NCBI GenBank assembly: GCA_001822675.1
Contig: MHRY01000048.1
Location: 1 to 44,778 of the forward strand
Direction: 5' to 3'
Origin: Candidatus Taylorbacteria bacterium RIFCSPLOWO2_01_FULL_45_34b
GTDB taxonomy: Bacteria > Patescibacteriota > Minisyncoccia > Phycocordibacterales > DSPV01
DNA: 44,778 nucleotides
Shown: piece by piece, positions 42,940 through 44,778 of the stretch
How the letters are laid out: each line of letters begins with the position of its first letter
Position numbering within the stretch: the first letter of the stretch is position 1
Position numbers and translations under genes: made by a program
Notes under the pieces: generated by a model
Databases searched by the model: none
The model's input: only the letters and a program-made list of their open reading frames with translations
What the model was told of the DNA's origin: nothing

Positions 42940-44778
42940 TTATTTCGCCACTCTCGCCGCTTCTTCAAACTGAATGGAAAGCAACTTGGAAACGCCGCCT
43001 CCCCCCATAGTCACTCCATAGAGCACACCGGCGTGAGACATGGTCTCTCTGTTGTGCGTAATTAAAATAAGTTGCGAGTATTTTGAAAGATTTTCAATCA
43101 TATTGCCATACTTCCGCGAGTTGGCTTCATCAAGCGCCGCGTCAGTTTCATCGAGAACAATAAACGGCGGCGGATTCACTTGGGAAATCGCGAATAAAAG
43201 CGCGATGGAAGTCAGCGCCCGTTCGCCGCCCGAGAGCATCTCAAGCCCGCGAACCCGCTTGTTTGGCAAACTAACAGTGATATTAATTCCCTCTTTGTCT
43301 TGTTCCTCCTCTTCCAAAGATTCGCTCTCCCTTGCGGCAGAAAGCATCTCTTCCATATCGTCCACACTGGCTTTCTTTCTTTTCTTTTCGCGGATAACTT
43401 CCAAAGAGGCATCACCGCCGCCAAACATAAGTTTGAAAAAATTGCCAAATTCGGCATTGATTTTCCGCACTCCTTCTTTAAACTCGACATCAAGTCTCGT
43501 CTCAAGTTCAACAATAAGAAACTGGAGGGATTCGGCAGTTCTTTCTAAATCACCAATTTCTCGCTCCAAAAACTGGTCTCGCTCTTCGGCTTCTTTGTAT
43601 TCCTTGAGAATGTCCGCGCCTCCTCCACCGCCAAGCTCCTCGATCCGAATTTTTAATTTTTCAATAGCCCGCCGCTTTTCTACTTGAACGCTTCGTGGTT
43701 CAGCCACAATTTGCTCCGCGGTCAGAATCGCACCAACGCTGTCCCGCAAAACAACAACGTCGTAATCAAGCGCGCTTCGGCCGATAAGCGCGGCAGCCTC
43801 TGCAAGTTCGCGCTTGAAATCTGCCTCTTCAAGTTTTAATTTCTCATCCAAACCACGAAGCTCATGCAATCGCCCAGAATACTCCTGCTCTTTGGCCATG
43901 ATGCGGAAAAGCTCTTTTTCGGCATCGCGACTGGTATCTTTTTCCTTTTCGATTTCATCCTTAAGCTCAACATACGATTTGTAAAGCTTATCTTCCTCGA
44001 TTTTCGCCGTCTCAATATTCTTCTCCAGCGTCACCCTTTCTTTCGTCAGTTTTTGGACAGTTTCTTCCGCTTCTTTGGTCAGAAGATTTTCCTGACCACC
44101 AAAGCGATTTTTTGAAATAAATTCAGACAAAGCTTCACGAATGAAACGCAAAATCTCCCGCAACTTCGGAAGACTTTCTTCTCTTTCGGCTTTTCTGATT
44201 TCCGTTTCGAAACTATCTTGAAGCGATTCAACTTCTTTAAGTAGCACAGTTTTGTGAAGGTTCATCGCCGTCTGCTCCTTGAATTTAAGAATTCGCCTAT
44301 TCTCTGAAGAAATCTCGCCTTCAAGCCTCCCAAGATCGCGAAGTAATGAATCTTTTCTCTCCCGAATCGCACGGAGTTTCTCTTCAAATTCTATCACTCC
44401 CCGACTTTTCTTGTCACTCGCGTTCGAATCCGAGAGCAGGCTTTTGGTTTTCGTCAGTTCCCGCTCGAGCTTGGCCAGTTCTTCCTTAGGAATTTTCTGC
44501 TCCTTTTCGATGAAAGCGCGCTGGCCTTTCAAATAACTATCCTCGCGTTTGAAATAATCACAATAGTGCGCGGTCAACTCTTTTTTGAGAAGAGCGCTTC
44601 GCTCCACCTTCTCAACTTGCTTTTTCAAAAACTTGAGATGCGGCGCGATTTCCCGCCGGAGCGAATGGACTGAATTGATATTCTCTTTAGTTTTTTCGAG
44701 TTTGCGTTCGCTTTCCTGTTTTTTATATTGATAGAGCTTCAAGCCAAGCGCGTCTTCCACTATTACTCGGCGCTCTTT
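42940..44778 (-). CDS. smc: Chromosome segregation protein SMC, C-terminal part (the gene continues beyond the window edge)
   Basis: Long coiled-coil region, signature LSGGERALTSIALLFAI and Walker B FIVLDETDAALD. The reading frame stays open to position 44778. Confidence 0.9.
   Translation of the reverse strand, partial: KERRVIVEDALGLKLYQYKKQESERKLEKTKENINSVHSLRREIAPHLKFLKKQVEKVERSALLKKELTAHYCDYFKREDSYLKGQRAFIEKEQKIPKEELAKLERELTKTKSLLSDSNASDKKSRGVIEFEEKLRAIRERKDSLLRDLGRLEGEISSENRRILKFKEQTAMNLHKTVLLKEVESLQDSFETEIRKAEREESLPKLREILRFIREALSEFISKNRFGGQENLLTKEAEETVQKLTKERVTLEKNIETAKIEEDKLYKSYVELKDEIEKEKDTSRDAEKELFRIMAKEQEYSGRLHELRGLDEKLKLEEADFKRELAEAAALIGRSALDYDVVVLRDSVGAILTAEQIVAEPRSVQVEKRRAIEKLKIRIEELGGGGGADILKEYKEAEERDQFLEREIGDLERTAESLQFLIVELETRLDVEFKEGVRKINAEFGNFFKLMFGGGDASLEVIREKKRKKASVDDMEEMLSAARESESLEEEEQDKEGINITVSLPNKRVRGLEMLSGGERALTSIALLFAISQVNPPPFIVLDETDAALDEANSRKYGNMIENLSKYSQLILITHNRETMSHAGVLYGVTMGGGGVSKLLSIQFEEAARVAK

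Overview
This 44.8-kb chromosomal window is dominated by housekeeping genes. They include typA, hisS, a UvrD-type helicase-nuclease, rpoD, dnaG, rpoC, rpoB, trmD, a KH-domain protein, pyrF plus a PRTase, rpsP, rnr, a DHH phosphoesterase and a partial smc. The gene content, many start codons without a Shine-Dalgarno sequence, and many small hypothetical proteins suggest a small-genome, Patescibacteria/CPR-like bacterium; that assignment is inference only. No CRISPR array, integrase or transposase was seen. The unusual content is in the intergenic DNA. (1) tRNA-Asn(GUU) at the left edge is split in its anticodon loop by a 606-nt group I (IC3-like) intron that carries an HNH homing-endonuclease ORF. 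(2) Three paralogous, independently transcribed large structured RNAs (about 760, 455 and 560 nt) each have a TTGAC-17-TAnnnT promoter and an intrinsic terminator. They share long near-identical blocks and show compensatory base changes, and they match no RNA class I recognise. (3) Downstream of rnr there is a tandem island of at least four short promoter-hairpin-terminator units that look like an sRNA family. (4) Several families of repeated hairpins and palindromes occur: GGTTGAACC-core nested hairpins, a CCCCGTCC-CGAG terminator module, CGGTCG-centred AT-rich palindromes, a MITE-like inverted repeat, and 9-bp-period AGCTTC arrays. All coordinates of RNA ends and promoters are approximate and were read by eye.
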